From assembly GCF_000953715.1 (NCBI RefSeq), contig NZ_LN824141.1, positions 284,676 through 308,675 of the forward strand: a stretch of DNA of 24,000 nt, given 5' to 3'. Each line of letters opens with the position of its first letter. Position 1 is the stretch's first letter. This DNA is from Defluviitoga tunisiensis (lineage in GTDB: Bacteria > Thermotogota > Thermotogae > Petrotogales > Petrotogaceae). The notes under the pieces were generated by a model that was given only the letters and a program-made list of their open reading frames with translations, was not told where the DNA came from and made no database searches. Of this stretch, positions 8,630-16,938 are shown piece after piece. The position numbers were made by a program, and so were the translations under genes.

Positions 8630-9064
8630 TTAAGTAAGTAAAGTTTGAGAACGTGCTATTTTATTAACGATCCCATTGACAAAACTCGCGGATTTTTGTG
8701 ACGAATAAGTTTTTGTCAATTCTACAGCTTCGTTTAAGATAACTTTAACTGGAATGTCTTTTTTATTTAGTAACTCATAAATACAAATTCTCATTGCTGT
8801 TTTCTCAACATTTCCAATTCGATCAACCGGCCACCCTTGTGAATATTTATTTATCAATGAATCATAGAATGATTTTTTACCGTAAATCTCTGAAACATAT
8901 TTTTTGGCCTCTTCATAATACTCCTTTTGTAAATTTACTTGTTCGTTAAGTTTCTCTAAGGTAAATAATATTTCATCTAAAGTATTATCGTTTATATCTA
9001 TCTGGAAAAGGCTTTCAAAAACTATTTTTCTCATTAATCTTTTTTGAAACACTACATCATTCAT
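8630..9064 (-). CDS. nusB: transcription antitermination factor NusB
   Basis: Motifs include RKIVFESLFQIDI, VDRIGNVEKTAMRICIYELL and ILNEAVELTKTYSSQKSASFVNGIVNKI. I prefer the ATG at 9064 (MNDVV...), which overlaps the asp23-like stop by 8 nt. The track's TTG at 9094 would add 10 basic residues and remains possible. Confidence 0.85.
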   Translation of the reverse strand: MNDVVFQKRLMRKIVFESLFQIDINDNTLDEILFTLEKLNEQVNLQKEYYEEAKKYVSEIYGKKSFYDSLINKYSQGWPVDRIGNVEKTAMRICIYELLNKKDIPVKVILNEAVELTKTYSSQKSASFVNGIVNKIARSQTLLT

Positions 9065-9503
9065 TTTGTTTGTTTTTCTCCTCTTCATCTTCAACTTTGC
9101 TTGAATCTTCTTCTTCAGCTAACTCCTTCTCTGTTTCTTCTTCCATAAACTCTTCAAACTCTTCTTCGATCTCTTCTGGTTTAGATATAGTTTCTATTGT
9201 TATATCTATATTTGAAACATATACCTGGGCTAATTTTTCAAGCTCATCTTTAATTTTTTTCTGAGCCCTTTTGGAATACTCTACAATATTTTCACCATAC
9301 TTGGCAGGAATTTTTAAATAAATACTCACACTAGTGTCATCATTTACAGACACTTTTATGCTTTTTTGAAGATCTTTTTGAATTTTTTCATTAAATATTT
9401 TTTCTTCTTTCAGATATTTTTCGACAGTTTTATACACCATATCTTTCAAAACATTTTCAGAGATACTTATTGTTCCGTAATCATTTTGTTCAGTAAGTGG
9501 CAT
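9057..9503 (-). CDS. Asp23/Gls24-family (DUF322) alkaline-shock-like protein with an acidic C-terminal tail
   Basis: The N-terminus YGTISISENVLKDMVYKTVEK is typical of Asp23. Its position directly upstream of nusB matches the yqhY-nusB arrangement of Firmicutes. The SD AAGGAGG lies 8 nt upstream. The C-terminus is Glu/Asp-rich. Confidence 0.8.
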   Translation of the reverse strand: MPLTEQNDYGTISISENVLKDMVYKTVEKYLKEEKIFNEKIQKDLQKSIKVSVNDDTSVSIYLKIPAKYGENIVEYSKRAQKKIKDELEKLAQVYVSNIDITIETISKPEEIEEEFEEFMEEETEKELAEEEDSSKVEDEEEKNKQNE

Positions 9504-9626
9504 ACTAATAACCTCCTTCTTTTTGATATCTTCAAAAATTAACGAAAAATAATTTATTTTATTTTTTATCTTTATATAGGCTTTATCACAAATTCAATAC
9601 TACTCACGATTCTATTCTTCTTTGAA

Positions 9627-9635
9627 ATTATATCA
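9627..9635 (-). promoter_or_regulatory. candidate extended -10 promoter for the asp23-like/nusB/dxs transcription unit
   Basis: The minus strand reads TGATATAAT (TGnTATAAT) immediately downstream of the mutS stop. The -35 is weak (TTAAAA-like) and lies inside the mutS 3' end. Confidence 0.35.
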
Positions 9636-9639
9636 CAAA

Positions 9640-12093
9640 TCAAAACATTTTTAACTGATTTTCCTGTACTTTATAACTCTTCTTCTTAATGTTTTTAACT
9701 TTTTTAAGCTTATTTTCAAGATCAACTCTATCAGATAATTGTTCTAAAACCTCTCTGGCTCGATCTACAATCTCAACTGGAAATCCCGCTAGCTTTGCAA
9801 TCTCTATTCCATAGCTATTATCACTTGTTCCATCTTCTATTTTGTGAAGGAAAATAACACCTTCCATTGTTTCCTTGACTTTTATTCTTTTTGCAATTAC
9901 TTCATTATATATATATGACATATAGGTCAATTCTGTATAATGAGTTGCAAAAATAGTATTACATTTTTTTACTTGAAATAAGTACTCAGATATCGCCCAT
10001 GCAACAGATATTCCATCTAAAGTACTTGTTCCTCTTCCCACTTCATCAAGGAGTACTAGACTATGTTCTGTTGCTCTATTGATTATTGTCGACATCTCAA
10101 GCATCTCAACTAAAAACGTGGACTTTCCCGTAACAATATCATCTCTCGCCCCTATTCGAGTAAATATCCCATCATATACTGGGAGCTCAGCAACCTCTGC
10201 AGGAACAAAACATCCAATTTGAGCCATTATACTAATTATTCCAATCTGCCTTACATATGTAGATTTACCGCTCATATTAGGACCTGTCAATATTATATAA
10301 AATCGGTCTTCATCAAATATTAAATCATTTGGAATAAAATTACTTACAAAACGTTCAACCACAGGATGTCTACCGTTGATTATCTTTGTATTCCTTGATT
10401 TTTCTATCATTTTCGGCCTTATATAATTATATTTAACACTCGCCTCTGCAAAAGACCTAAAAACATCAAGTTCTGCTAATCTATCTGATAGTTGTTTTAT
10501 TTCAGTCACATATTTTTCTAACTCTAGAATAATTTTATCAAATAGTTCCTTTTCTATAGCTTTGATTCTATCTTCTGCCAAGGACAATTTTTGTTCAATT
10601 TGTCGCAATTCTTCAATAGTAAATCTTTCAGTATTAACCAAAGTCTGTTTTCTAGTATAGTATGCAGGAACTTTTGCTATTTGAGTCTTAGGTATTTCAA
10701 TATAAAAACCATAAACTTTATTTCTACTAACCTTTAAGCTATTAATTTTTGTTAATTCTTTTTCTCTTTTTTCAATCTCTTCAAGAATGTTGTCGATGTT
10801 TTTTAGTATGTTTCTATACTCATCAAGTTCATTAGAAACACCTTCTTTGATAACTTCTCCACTCCCAACCTCAATTGAGGGTTCTTCACATATGGTCTTT
10901 TCTATAATTTCTTTGACTTCACCTAAGGGATCTATTTTGTCAAAGAAACTACTAATACCAAGGTTTGTTTTAACAGATTCAATAATATAAGGTACTATTT
11001 CTAAAGAATCTTTTAACGCAATTAAATCTCGTGGAGTAGCTTTACGTAAGGAAATTCTAGAAGAAATTCTTTCTAAGTCCTTAATGTGAGAAAAATATTC
11101 TTTTAGCTCTTCCATTAATAAATGGTCTTCTTTAAGAGCTTCAACATAATCAAATCTTTGTTCTATAATATTTTTATCTAACAATGGCGATATGATGAAA
11201 TCTCTTAATTTTCTGTGACCCATGCTAGTTCTAGTAAACTTTAGTATATCATAAAGTGTTTTACCTCTTGTAGTTGAAGTTGGCAATATTCCAAGATTTT
11301 CTATTGTATTTGAATCTAAAAGCATGTATTCTCTCGTTTTAAAACGTTTTGGTATTTTCATATGACGTATCTTTGAAAACTGTGTTAGTTCAAGATACTT
11401 TAATACTGCGTCTGCAACTTTTAATTCTTCATTATTATAATCAACATAGTCAAGACTAAAAACTTTATAGATATCCTTTAAATGTTCCAAAAAATTATTT
11501 GAAAAATACCAATCATCTAATACTTCAACGTATAAATCTGGAAGCATATTTTTTATTTGTTTATATAAACTCTCTACATTTTTAGATAGAAGTATCTGAA
11601 CAAACCCAAAAGAATTGATAAAATCCAGCAGTTCATTCTCATTAAAATCAAAAGTATCTAAGTAAAATTCACCTGTAGAAAAATCAAAAACCGCTAGAAT
11701 ATAACCCTTTTCACTTTTTGTTATTAAAGTTGAAAATCTATTAAAATCATCGATCATGTTATCGTCAACAATCGTTCCAGGTGTCAAAACCCTTGTAACT
11801 TTTCTATCAACAATACCTTTAGCTGTTTGAGGGTCTTCTACTTGTTCACATATAGCAACTTTGCACCCACTATCCAAAAGCTTTTTTAAGTAATTATTAA
11901 GTGCATGATAAGGAATACCGGCCATAGGATGACCATTTCTTTTTGTAAGAACTATTTGAAGTATTTCACTAACCTTTTGGGCATCATCAAAAAATGTTTC
12001 ATAAAAATCTCCTAATCTAAAAAGTAATATTGAATCCTTATACTCCTCTTTTATTTCAAGATATTGTTTTATCATTGGAGTTAAGTTTGCCAT
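9640..12093 (-). CDS. mutS: DNA mismatch repair protein MutS
   Basis: 817 aa. Motifs are TPMIKQYLEIKEEYKDSILLFRLGDFYETFFDDA (mismatch-binding F-x-E), Walker A GPNMSGKST and DEVGRGTST. The SD GGAGG lies 9 nt upstream. Confidence 0.95.
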   Translation of the reverse strand: MANLTPMIKQYLEIKEEYKDSILLFRLGDFYETFFDDAQKVSEILQIVLTKRNGHPMAGIPYHALNNYLKKLLDSGCKVAICEQVEDPQTAKGIVDRKVTRVLTPGTIVDDNMIDDFNRFSTLITKSEKGYILAVFDFSTGEFYLDTFDFNENELLDFINSFGFVQILLSKNVESLYKQIKNMLPDLYVEVLDDWYFSNNFLEHLKDIYKVFSLDYVDYNNEELKVADAVLKYLELTQFSKIRHMKIPKRFKTREYMLLDSNTIENLGILPTSTTRGKTLYDILKFTRTSMGHRKLRDFIISPLLDKNIIEQRFDYVEALKEDHLLMEELKEYFSHIKDLERISSRISLRKATPRDLIALKDSLEIVPYIIESVKTNLGISSFFDKIDPLGEVKEIIEKTICEEPSIEVGSGEVIKEGVSNELDEYRNILKNIDNILEEIEKREKELTKINSLKVSRNKVYGFYIEIPKTQIAKVPAYYTRKQTLVNTERFTIEELRQIEQKLSLAEDRIKAIEKELFDKIILELEKYVTEIKQLSDRLAELDVFRSFAEASVKYNYIRPKMIEKSRNTKIINGRHPVVERFVSNFIPNDLIFDEDRFYIILTGPNMSGKSTYVRQIGIISIMAQIGCFVPAEVAELPVYDGIFTRIGARDDIVTGKSTFLVEMLEMSTIINRATEHSLVLLDEVGRGTSTLDGISVAWAISEYLFQVKKCNTIFATHYTELTYMSYIYNEVIAKRIKVKETMEGVIFLHKIEDGTSDNSYGIEIAKLAGFPVEIVDRAREVLEQLSDRVDLENKLKKVKNIKKKSYKVQENQLKMF

Positions 12094-12120
12094 TTTACAT
12101 AACCTCCAAAAAGTTAAGAA

Positions 12121-12153
12121 AAAGGAGGACGCATCTGTTCGGCGCCCTCTTTT
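12121..12153 (-). terminator. GC-rich hairpin between clpP and mutS, likely an intrinsic (bidirectional) terminator or attenuator
   Basis: Arms 12121-12132 (AAAGGAGGACGC) and 12142-12153 (GCGCCCTCTTTT) form about 12 bp with one mismatch and a 9-nt loop. A-tracts and T-tracts flank both sides, so a U-run follows the stem on either strand. It is the only GC-rich segment in this intergenic region. Confidence 0.6.
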
Positions 12154-12180
12154 GTATTTTACCGGAAATAAGTCTCTTAA

Positions 12181-12795
12181 TCATTTTTTCTTAGAATCAT
12201 CAGTTGTTTCACTCATCGTTGTTATAACTTTGTCTATTAGTCCATAATTTAAAGCTTCTTGAGCATTCATAAAAAAATCTCTGTCTGTATCTTTTTCAAT
12301 CTTTTCTAAAGGTTGGCCTGTATGAGTACTTAATATATTATTAAGATCATTTCTAAGTCTTAGAATTTCACGTGCATGAATCTGAATATCAATCGCCGAA
12401 CCTTCAGCACCGCCCCATGGTTGATGTATCATTATTCTTGAATTTGGCAGAGAATATCGTTTCCCTTTTGCTCCCGCCGCCAACAAAACTGCCCCCATTG
12501 AAGCAGCTTGACCTATACATATAGTAGATATATCCGGCTTAACGTACATCATTGTATCATATATACCTAAGCCTGCTGTGACAGAACCTCCAGGAGAATT
12601 AATGTATAAAAAAATGTCTTTATCTGGATCTTGAGATTCTAAAAACAAAAGTTGAGCAATTATTACATTCGCTACATCATCATTTATTACAGAGCCTAAA
12701 AACACTATCCTATCTTTTAACAGTCTTGAATATATGTCGTAGGCTCGTTCATACCTTCCTTCTGTTTCTATAACAACCGGTAGAGGTATAGCCAT
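12181..12795 (-). CDS. clpP: ATP-dependent Clp protease proteolytic subunit
   Basis: 204 aa with the catalytic Ser in [14 protein letters not shown], His in MIHQP and Asp in DTDRDFFM. Confidence 0.95.
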   Translation of the reverse strand: MAIPLPVVIETEGRYERAYDIYSRLLKDRIVFLGSVINDDVANVIIAQLLFLESQDPDKDIFLYINSPGGSVTAGLGIYDTMMYVKPDISTICIGQAASMGAVLLAAGAKGKRYSLPNSRIMIHQPWGGAEGSAIDIQIHAREILRLRNDLNNILSTHTGQPLEKIEKDTDRDFFMNAQEALNYGLIDKVITTMSETTDDSKKK

Positions 12796-12796
12796 T

Positions 12797-13087
12797 CTAT
12801 CGCCTTCCTTTTCTTACTTTTTCAACTATTTTATCTGCAGTAAGAGGAGTTAAAATTATTTGTCCACTATCCATATAAATAACAGTTTTTACGCCTTTTC
12901 CATATGTGGCATCTATTAAACTTGTTGAGCCTTTTATAGACCCCTCTTCTTCATCTTCAGACTGTGTTATTACATCAATTCCCTGGTAAATCTTCTTGAT
13001 CTTTGAAAACTGAATTAAACTTGCAGGAACAATGGAGTGTATTCTTTCAGTCGGGATATACACACCTTTACCAACTGAAACAAACAT
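12797..13087 (-). CDS. DUF370/RemA-like small DNA-binding protein with an internal acidic insertion
   Basis: 96 aa. [20 protein letters not shown] and [32 protein letters not shown] align by eye with the B. subtilis RemA/YlzA pattern (LIDATYGRRTRAV..D...ILSA). The stop is 1 nt before the clpP ATG. Confidence 0.7.
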   Translation of the reverse strand: MFVSVGKGVYIPTERIHSIVPASLIQFSKIKKIYQGIDVITQSEDEEEGSIKGSTSLIDATYGKGVKTVIYMDSGQIILTPLTADKIVEKVRKGRR

Positions 13088-13210
13088 AATTTTCCTCCTC
13101 TACAATTTTATACATATTCATTATACAAAAAAAATATTATATTTTGATTAATAATTTTTAACCAGTCAATCTTGTTGTATTTGTATATTATTTGATGCTT
13201 ATAATATAAA

Positions 13211-13468
13211 CTATAAATCCGCAAACTGACTTTTGATTTTTTCGTATTTTTCATCTATCATGCTTTTTTCTTCCTTTAAAGTTACTAATTTTTCTCTTGC
13301 ATAAGTTAATATTTCTAATGCTTTTTTGTAAATCTCAAGGGCATCTTCTATATTTATATCATCTCTTTCGTTTTGAAAGTACTCGTTTATTCTTTCTAAT
13401 AATTCTAATTGTTGTTTAAAACTCAGTTCCTTAATATCTTTTTCAGTTAGATTTATTATATCTTCCAT
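13211..13468 (-). CDS. xseB: exodeoxyribonuclease VII small subunit
   Basis: 85 aa, helical. SFKQQLELLERINEYFQNE...IEDALEIYKKALEILTYAREKL fits the XseB pattern, and the gene lies immediately downstream of xseA. Confidence 0.8.
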   Translation of the reverse strand: MEDIINLTEKDIKELSFKQQLELLERINEYFQNERDDINIEDALEIYKKALEILTYAREKLVTLKEEKSMIDEKYEKIKSQFADL

Positions 13469-13520
13469 TTTGTCACCTTCTTAATATATCTACTTTGTAA
13501 AAATACAAGTAATTTTCACA

Positions 13521-14924
13521 TTACCATTTATATATTTTCTCAATGTTAGAATCAGCACTACCATCTTTAAAAATTAGTCTAACTTTTTCACCTTCATCTA
13601 TTTTTGAAATTGAATCTACAATCTCTTCATTCTTTTTTATCAATACTCCATTGTATAAAAATGCTGCAAATGGACTTGATTCTGTTAACCGTTGAAAAAC
13701 GTTTATTAAAGAACTTTCGGAGTAGTCAATCATATTTTTCATTTCTGTTAGAATACTGTTTTGATAGGTTACTACATTCTTAGAAACATTATTTAATAAG
13801 AAATTCAATAAATTTGAAATATTTTCTAATTTATTGAGATCAACATTTTTTTCATTGTATTCAAGGATTAAATTTACTTGGTTTTTAATTTGTAAATAAT
13901 TATCTTCCAACTTTTTAGATGCATTTAATATCTCCTTGTTAATAAAATATTTTATATTATTTATTGTATTAAATGAAATTAAATTTTCTGCCCTTGAGTA
14001 TATATTATTAAAATATAGAGTCAAATCTTTTTCAAGAGATTCTATTCTATCAACATAAAAATTTATTTGGTTGACAATATCTCGAGAAACCTCTGTAGGA
14101 GTAGAATAGTTTTTCCAGCTAACATAGTCAGGAATGGTTTTATCTTGTTCATGACCTATACCAACAACAACAGGTATCTTTTCATTAAACTTTGCAATTA
14201 TATAAGCTAGTTCTAAATCATCAAAGTACATTAAATCACTCTTAGAACCTCCACCTCTAATAATAACAACAATATCATAATCAATTTTTGATTTTAATAT
14301 AGCTCCCAAAGCATATTTTATTCCTGGAACAGTATTAACCCCTTGCATTGGAGCAGGGTATAAATGCACTATAGGAACAAACCTTGCATGATTAATATTT
14401 TTCAAAAAATCCCCGAAACCTGCTGCAGTTGGTGATGAAACAACTGCTATCTTTTTTATAGGGTTTAATTCAACTAACTCATGTTCTACTTTTCTTAAAA
14501 GGCCGTTTTTTTCAAGTATTTTTAATATCTCTCTTCTTTTTTTCTCTATTTCCGAGTCTCCTAAGGCGATGACGTAGGTTCCATGAACCACATACTTAGC
14601 TTCTCGTTTCCAAAAATTAACTACTCCTCCAAATTTCCATCTTTTATTTATAAGCTCTTTTTCAGATTTCAAGTGACAATGGTCAAGAAGATACGGAATT
14701 GAAGATTGATTAAAAAAGATAGTTATGGAATAATTTGAATTTCGAACCTTTTGAGATAGTTCTACATATAAATCTCCTCTTTTGCTATATTTAGCATGGG
14801 TTACATCCCCTATAACTTCTATTTCTTTAGAATACATTGGAGAATTCACAAAAATAGAGTTAAGGTACTCAATAAGTTCTTGAATTGATTCAAACTTAAA
14901 TTCATTTTGTTGATGAAATAACAA
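13521..14924 (-). CDS. xseA: exodeoxyribonuclease VII large subunit
   Basis: 467 aa with an N-terminal OB-fold region (SIQELIEYLNSIF...IEVIGDV), IRGGGSKSDL and GIGHEQDKTIPDYV. The start is TTG with a GGGAG SD, and it overlaps the rsmI 3' end by 23 nt. Confidence 0.85.
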   Translation of the reverse strand: MLFHQQNEFKFESIQELIEYLNSIFVNSPMYSKEIEVIGDVTHAKYSKRGDLYVELSQKVRNSNYSITIFFNQSSIPYLLDHCHLKSEKELINKRWKFGGVVNFWKREAKYVVHGTYVIALGDSEIEKKRREILKILEKNGLLRKVEHELVELNPIKKIAVVSSPTAAGFGDFLKNINHARFVPIVHLYPAPMQGVNTVPGIKYALGAILKSKIDYDIVVIIRGGGSKSDLMYFDDLELAYIIAKFNEKIPVVVGIGHEQDKTIPDYVSWKNYSTPTEVSRDIVNQINFYVDRIESLEKDLTLYFNNIYSRAENLISFNTINNIKYFINKEILNASKKLEDNYLQIKNQVNLILEYNEKNVDLNKLENISNLLNFLLNNVSKNVVTYQNSILTEMKNMIDYSESSLINVFQRLTESSPFAAFLYNGVLIKKNEEIVDSISKIDEGEKVRLIFKDGSADSNIEKIYKW

Positions 14925-15582
14925 CTGTTAATTCTCCCTTCACAATTTCTTTTGATTCAAAGAATGCTAAAGCTTCTTCAACATTTCCTCTAAAAAGCTC
15001 CTGATGTAATTTAGTCATTTCTCTTCCTACAAACAAGTCAACATTCCCTAAATGATCTTTTATCTCTTTTAACGTCTTTATTATACGATTGGGAGATTCA
15101 AAAAAAACGATTGTACTTTTTATTTCTTTTTCGTTTATTTCTCTAAGAAGCCTTCTTAATTTTTTATCTCTTGGTAAAAAACCTAAAAAAACGAATCTTG
15201 ATGCCACAAAACCACTTAAGGCTAGGGCAGTCGTGACCGCTGAAGGGCCTGGTGCTATATCAATTTCTATATCCTCTTTCCAACATTCTTCAATTAGACT
15301 TGAACCTGGATCCGAAATAACTGGCATTCCAGCGTCACTAACTAAAGCTGTTACTTCATGACTTTTAATAAGAGTAATTGCTTTTTCTATTAATTTAGAA
15401 GCATTTGCCTCATTAAACGTAAACAATTCTTTTTTACCTAAATTGTAATGATTAATAAGTTTCAAGGTAACCCTTTTATCTTCTGTAAAAATAAGATCTG
15501 CTTTCTCTAATATTTTAAGGGCTCTAAAAGTTATATCTTCTAAATTACCAATAGGCGTACCGACTATATATAGTTTTCCCAT
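14902..15582 (-). CDS. rsmI: 16S rRNA (cytidine1402-2'-O)-methyltransferase
   Basis: 226 aa. GKLYIVGTPIGNLEDITFRALKIL and SDAGMPVISDPG are typical of the RsmI tetrapyrrole-methylase fold. Confidence 0.9.
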   Translation of the reverse strand: MGKLYIVGTPIGNLEDITFRALKILEKADLIFTEDKRVTLKLINHYNLGKKELFTFNEANASKLIEKAITLIKSHEVTALVSDAGMPVISDPGSSLIEECWKEDIEIDIAPGPSAVTTALALSGFVASRFVFLGFLPRDKKLRRLLREINEKEIKSTIVFFESPNRIIKTLKEIKDHLGNVDLFVGREMTKLHQELFRGNVEEALAFFESKEIVKGELTVVISSTK

Positions 15583-15621
15583 TATTTTCTAATATTCCTC
15601 CAAATAATTTGCAAAGCTAAC

Positions 15622-16182
15622 TTACAATATTTTAGAATTAATATACTTCCATAATGCATCCCATTCACAAACATATTCTCCTGCAAAATCAGAGTTATTG
15701 TATCCTTCTTTATAAGTTAAATCTTCTAAGCCAAAATATAACTCTCCGAGGAAATCTTTTAAATAACTATCTAAATCTATATTTATTGTTTTTTCTTCTA
15801 TCTCTAGTAAATATTTTATTTCTTTTAAATCTTTTTTATAATTAATACAGTTGTTCGGATTCAAAAGTTCATCTATAACTATTTCAGGATCTTTATTTAA
15901 TAAATATCTATGTTTCATTACCATTCGTTGGCATTTCAAATCTTCCACATTCACATGCGATTTCTCAATAGTTCTTTCCTCTTCTTCTCTTATACCTTTT
16001 GTTAACTCTTTTTTGTAATTTAAAGTCCAAATTTCATTATCAGAAAGTTTTTCCAGCCTAGTCCTTAGCCCGGCATTATCATACCATTGAACAATAAGCG
16101 CTCTACACAAACTTCGAGAAACTAATTTATTGAATACGTATTGGCTTTTTATTCTATATTTTTTTTCTTTTTCTAAAATCAT
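15622..16182 (-). CDS. CYTH-domain protein (triphosphate tunnel metalloenzyme family)
   Basis: 186 aa with an N-terminal ExExK signature (ILEKEKKY). Later motifs are acidic/basic strand motifs (IREEEERTIE, VMKHRYLL, LLEIEEKT), consistent with a CYTH tunnel. Confidence 0.65.
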   Translation of the reverse strand: MILEKEKKYRIKSQYVFNKLVSRSLCRALIVQWYDNAGLRTRLEKLSDNEIWTLNYKKELTKGIREEEERTIEKSHVNVEDLKCQRMVMKHRYLLNKDPEIVIDELLNPNNCINYKKDLKEIKYLLEIEEKTINIDLDSYLKDFLGELYFGLEDLTYKEGYNNSDFAGEYVCEWDALWKYINSKIL

Positions 16183-16251
16183 AAAGGGATTTAATAAACT
16201 ATTCTCTCCTTTCGATACTTACTTATAAATTCTAAAATAATTATTCTAATT

Positions 16252-16267
16252 TGATATAATTATATCA
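16252..16267. promoter_or_regulatory. perfect 16-bp palindrome TGATATAATTATATCA, giving an extended -10 element on both strands
   Basis: The sequence reads TGATATAAT on the plus strand (16252-16260) and on the minus strand (16267-16259). It lies in the divergent intergenic region between the CYTH gene and acpP. The minus-strand copy is the best candidate promoter for the CYTH/rsmI/xseA train. Confidence 0.3.
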
Positions 16268-16394
16268 TATATTAATTATATTAACCTTTTGATAATAACT
16301 CTATATAGCAATGAGATATGTAAATCACTTTTAAAATGGGCTATAAAAATGAGCAAATTTTCATGAAAATTTTACTTATTAGAAAATTATTAGC

Positions 16395-16423
16395 TTGACA
16401 AAACTTATTTAACTCATTATAAT
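16395..16423 (+). promoter_or_regulatory. consensus sigma-70-type promoter for acpP
   Basis: TTGACA (16395-16400), an exact 17-nt spacer, then TATAAT (16418-16423). It lies about 24 nt upstream of the acpP SD. Confidence 0.7.
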
Positions 16424-16461
16424 TAACTCGAATTTTATATTTGATTAAGGAGGTTTTTTCT

Positions 16462-16719
16462 ATGACAAGAGATGAATTATTTGAAAAGGTAAAAGAAATA
16501 ATTGTAGATACATTAAGTGTTGATGAAGATGATGTCACTGTTGATGCATCTTTTACAGATGATTTAGATGCCGACTCATTAGAATTAGTCGATTTAACAA
16601 TGGCTTTTGAATCTGAATTTGGAATAACCATAGAAGACGAAGAGTTGGAAAAAATCCAGACAGTTGAAGACGCTGTTGAAATCTTAGCTAATAAGTTAAA
16701 TATAGACGACGAAGATTAA
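16462..16719 (+). CDS. acpP: acyl carrier protein
   Basis: Contains the phosphopantetheine site [12 protein letters not shown]. The ATG at 16462 lies 8 nt after the SD AAGGAGG (16447-16453), and the track's TTG 16441 start sits inside that SD region. A consensus promoter lies upstream and a strong terminator downstream. Confidence 0.9.
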   Translation: MTRDELFEKVKEIIVDTLSVDEDDVTVDASFTDDLDADSLELVDLTMAFESEFGITIEDEELEKIQTVEDAVEILANKLNIDDED

Positions 16720-16722
16720 CCC

Positions 16723-16756
16723 AAAGAGGGGAGCTTTGGCTCCCCCTTTATTTTTT
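16723..16756 (+). terminator. rho-independent terminator after acpP
   Basis: The GC stem GGGGAGC (16728-16734) pairs with GCTCCCC (16739-16745) across a TTTG loop. Flanking AAA/TTT extends the stem, and TTTATTTTTT follows. Confidence 0.85.
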
Positions 16757-16938
16757 GTTAATTTTGTCTGAATCCTTAATCGGTTTATATTTATACAGTT
16801 AATTTAATCAATAATCATTGAATTTAAGTGGGCTACATGAACAATACCACTTTTTGTTGTTTTTATGTGACTTAAGAAATAATAATTTTTTAAATTAGGT
16901 AAACTACAATTTTTTAGAAAGGAGAGAAATAATCAATT

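Noticed and set aside
3856-16182. mutS2 (Smr nuclease), the CYTH protein, or the mutS/mutS2/xseAB clustering as a phage-defence or otherwise novel nucleic-acid system
   Set aside because: All are canonical single-copy housekeeping families with intact standard motifs. They are embedded among clpP, nusB, dxs and rsmI. No associated effector, sensor, mobile-element or island boundary features (tRNA, integrase, repeats, compositional shift) are visible.
16183-16461. The strand-switch intergenic region as a chromosomal replication origin
   Set aside because: There are no repeated DnaA-box-like elements, neither TTATCCACA-type nor the AAACCTACCACC-type I recall for Thermotoga. No dnaA or dnaN gene is nearby, and the region is fully explained by divergent promoters. 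GC skew cannot be judged from 24 kb by eye.
16757-16938. A GGGCT motif (16830-16834) in the pyrG leader, reminiscent of the Bacillus pyrG reiterative-transcription (CTP-sensing) attenuator
   Set aside because: No convincing promoter places the transcription start on GGGC. No terminator hairpin with a C/U-rich 5' arm follows; the only candidate is a 5-bp AACAA/TTGTT stem. The resemblance is limited to 4-5 nt.
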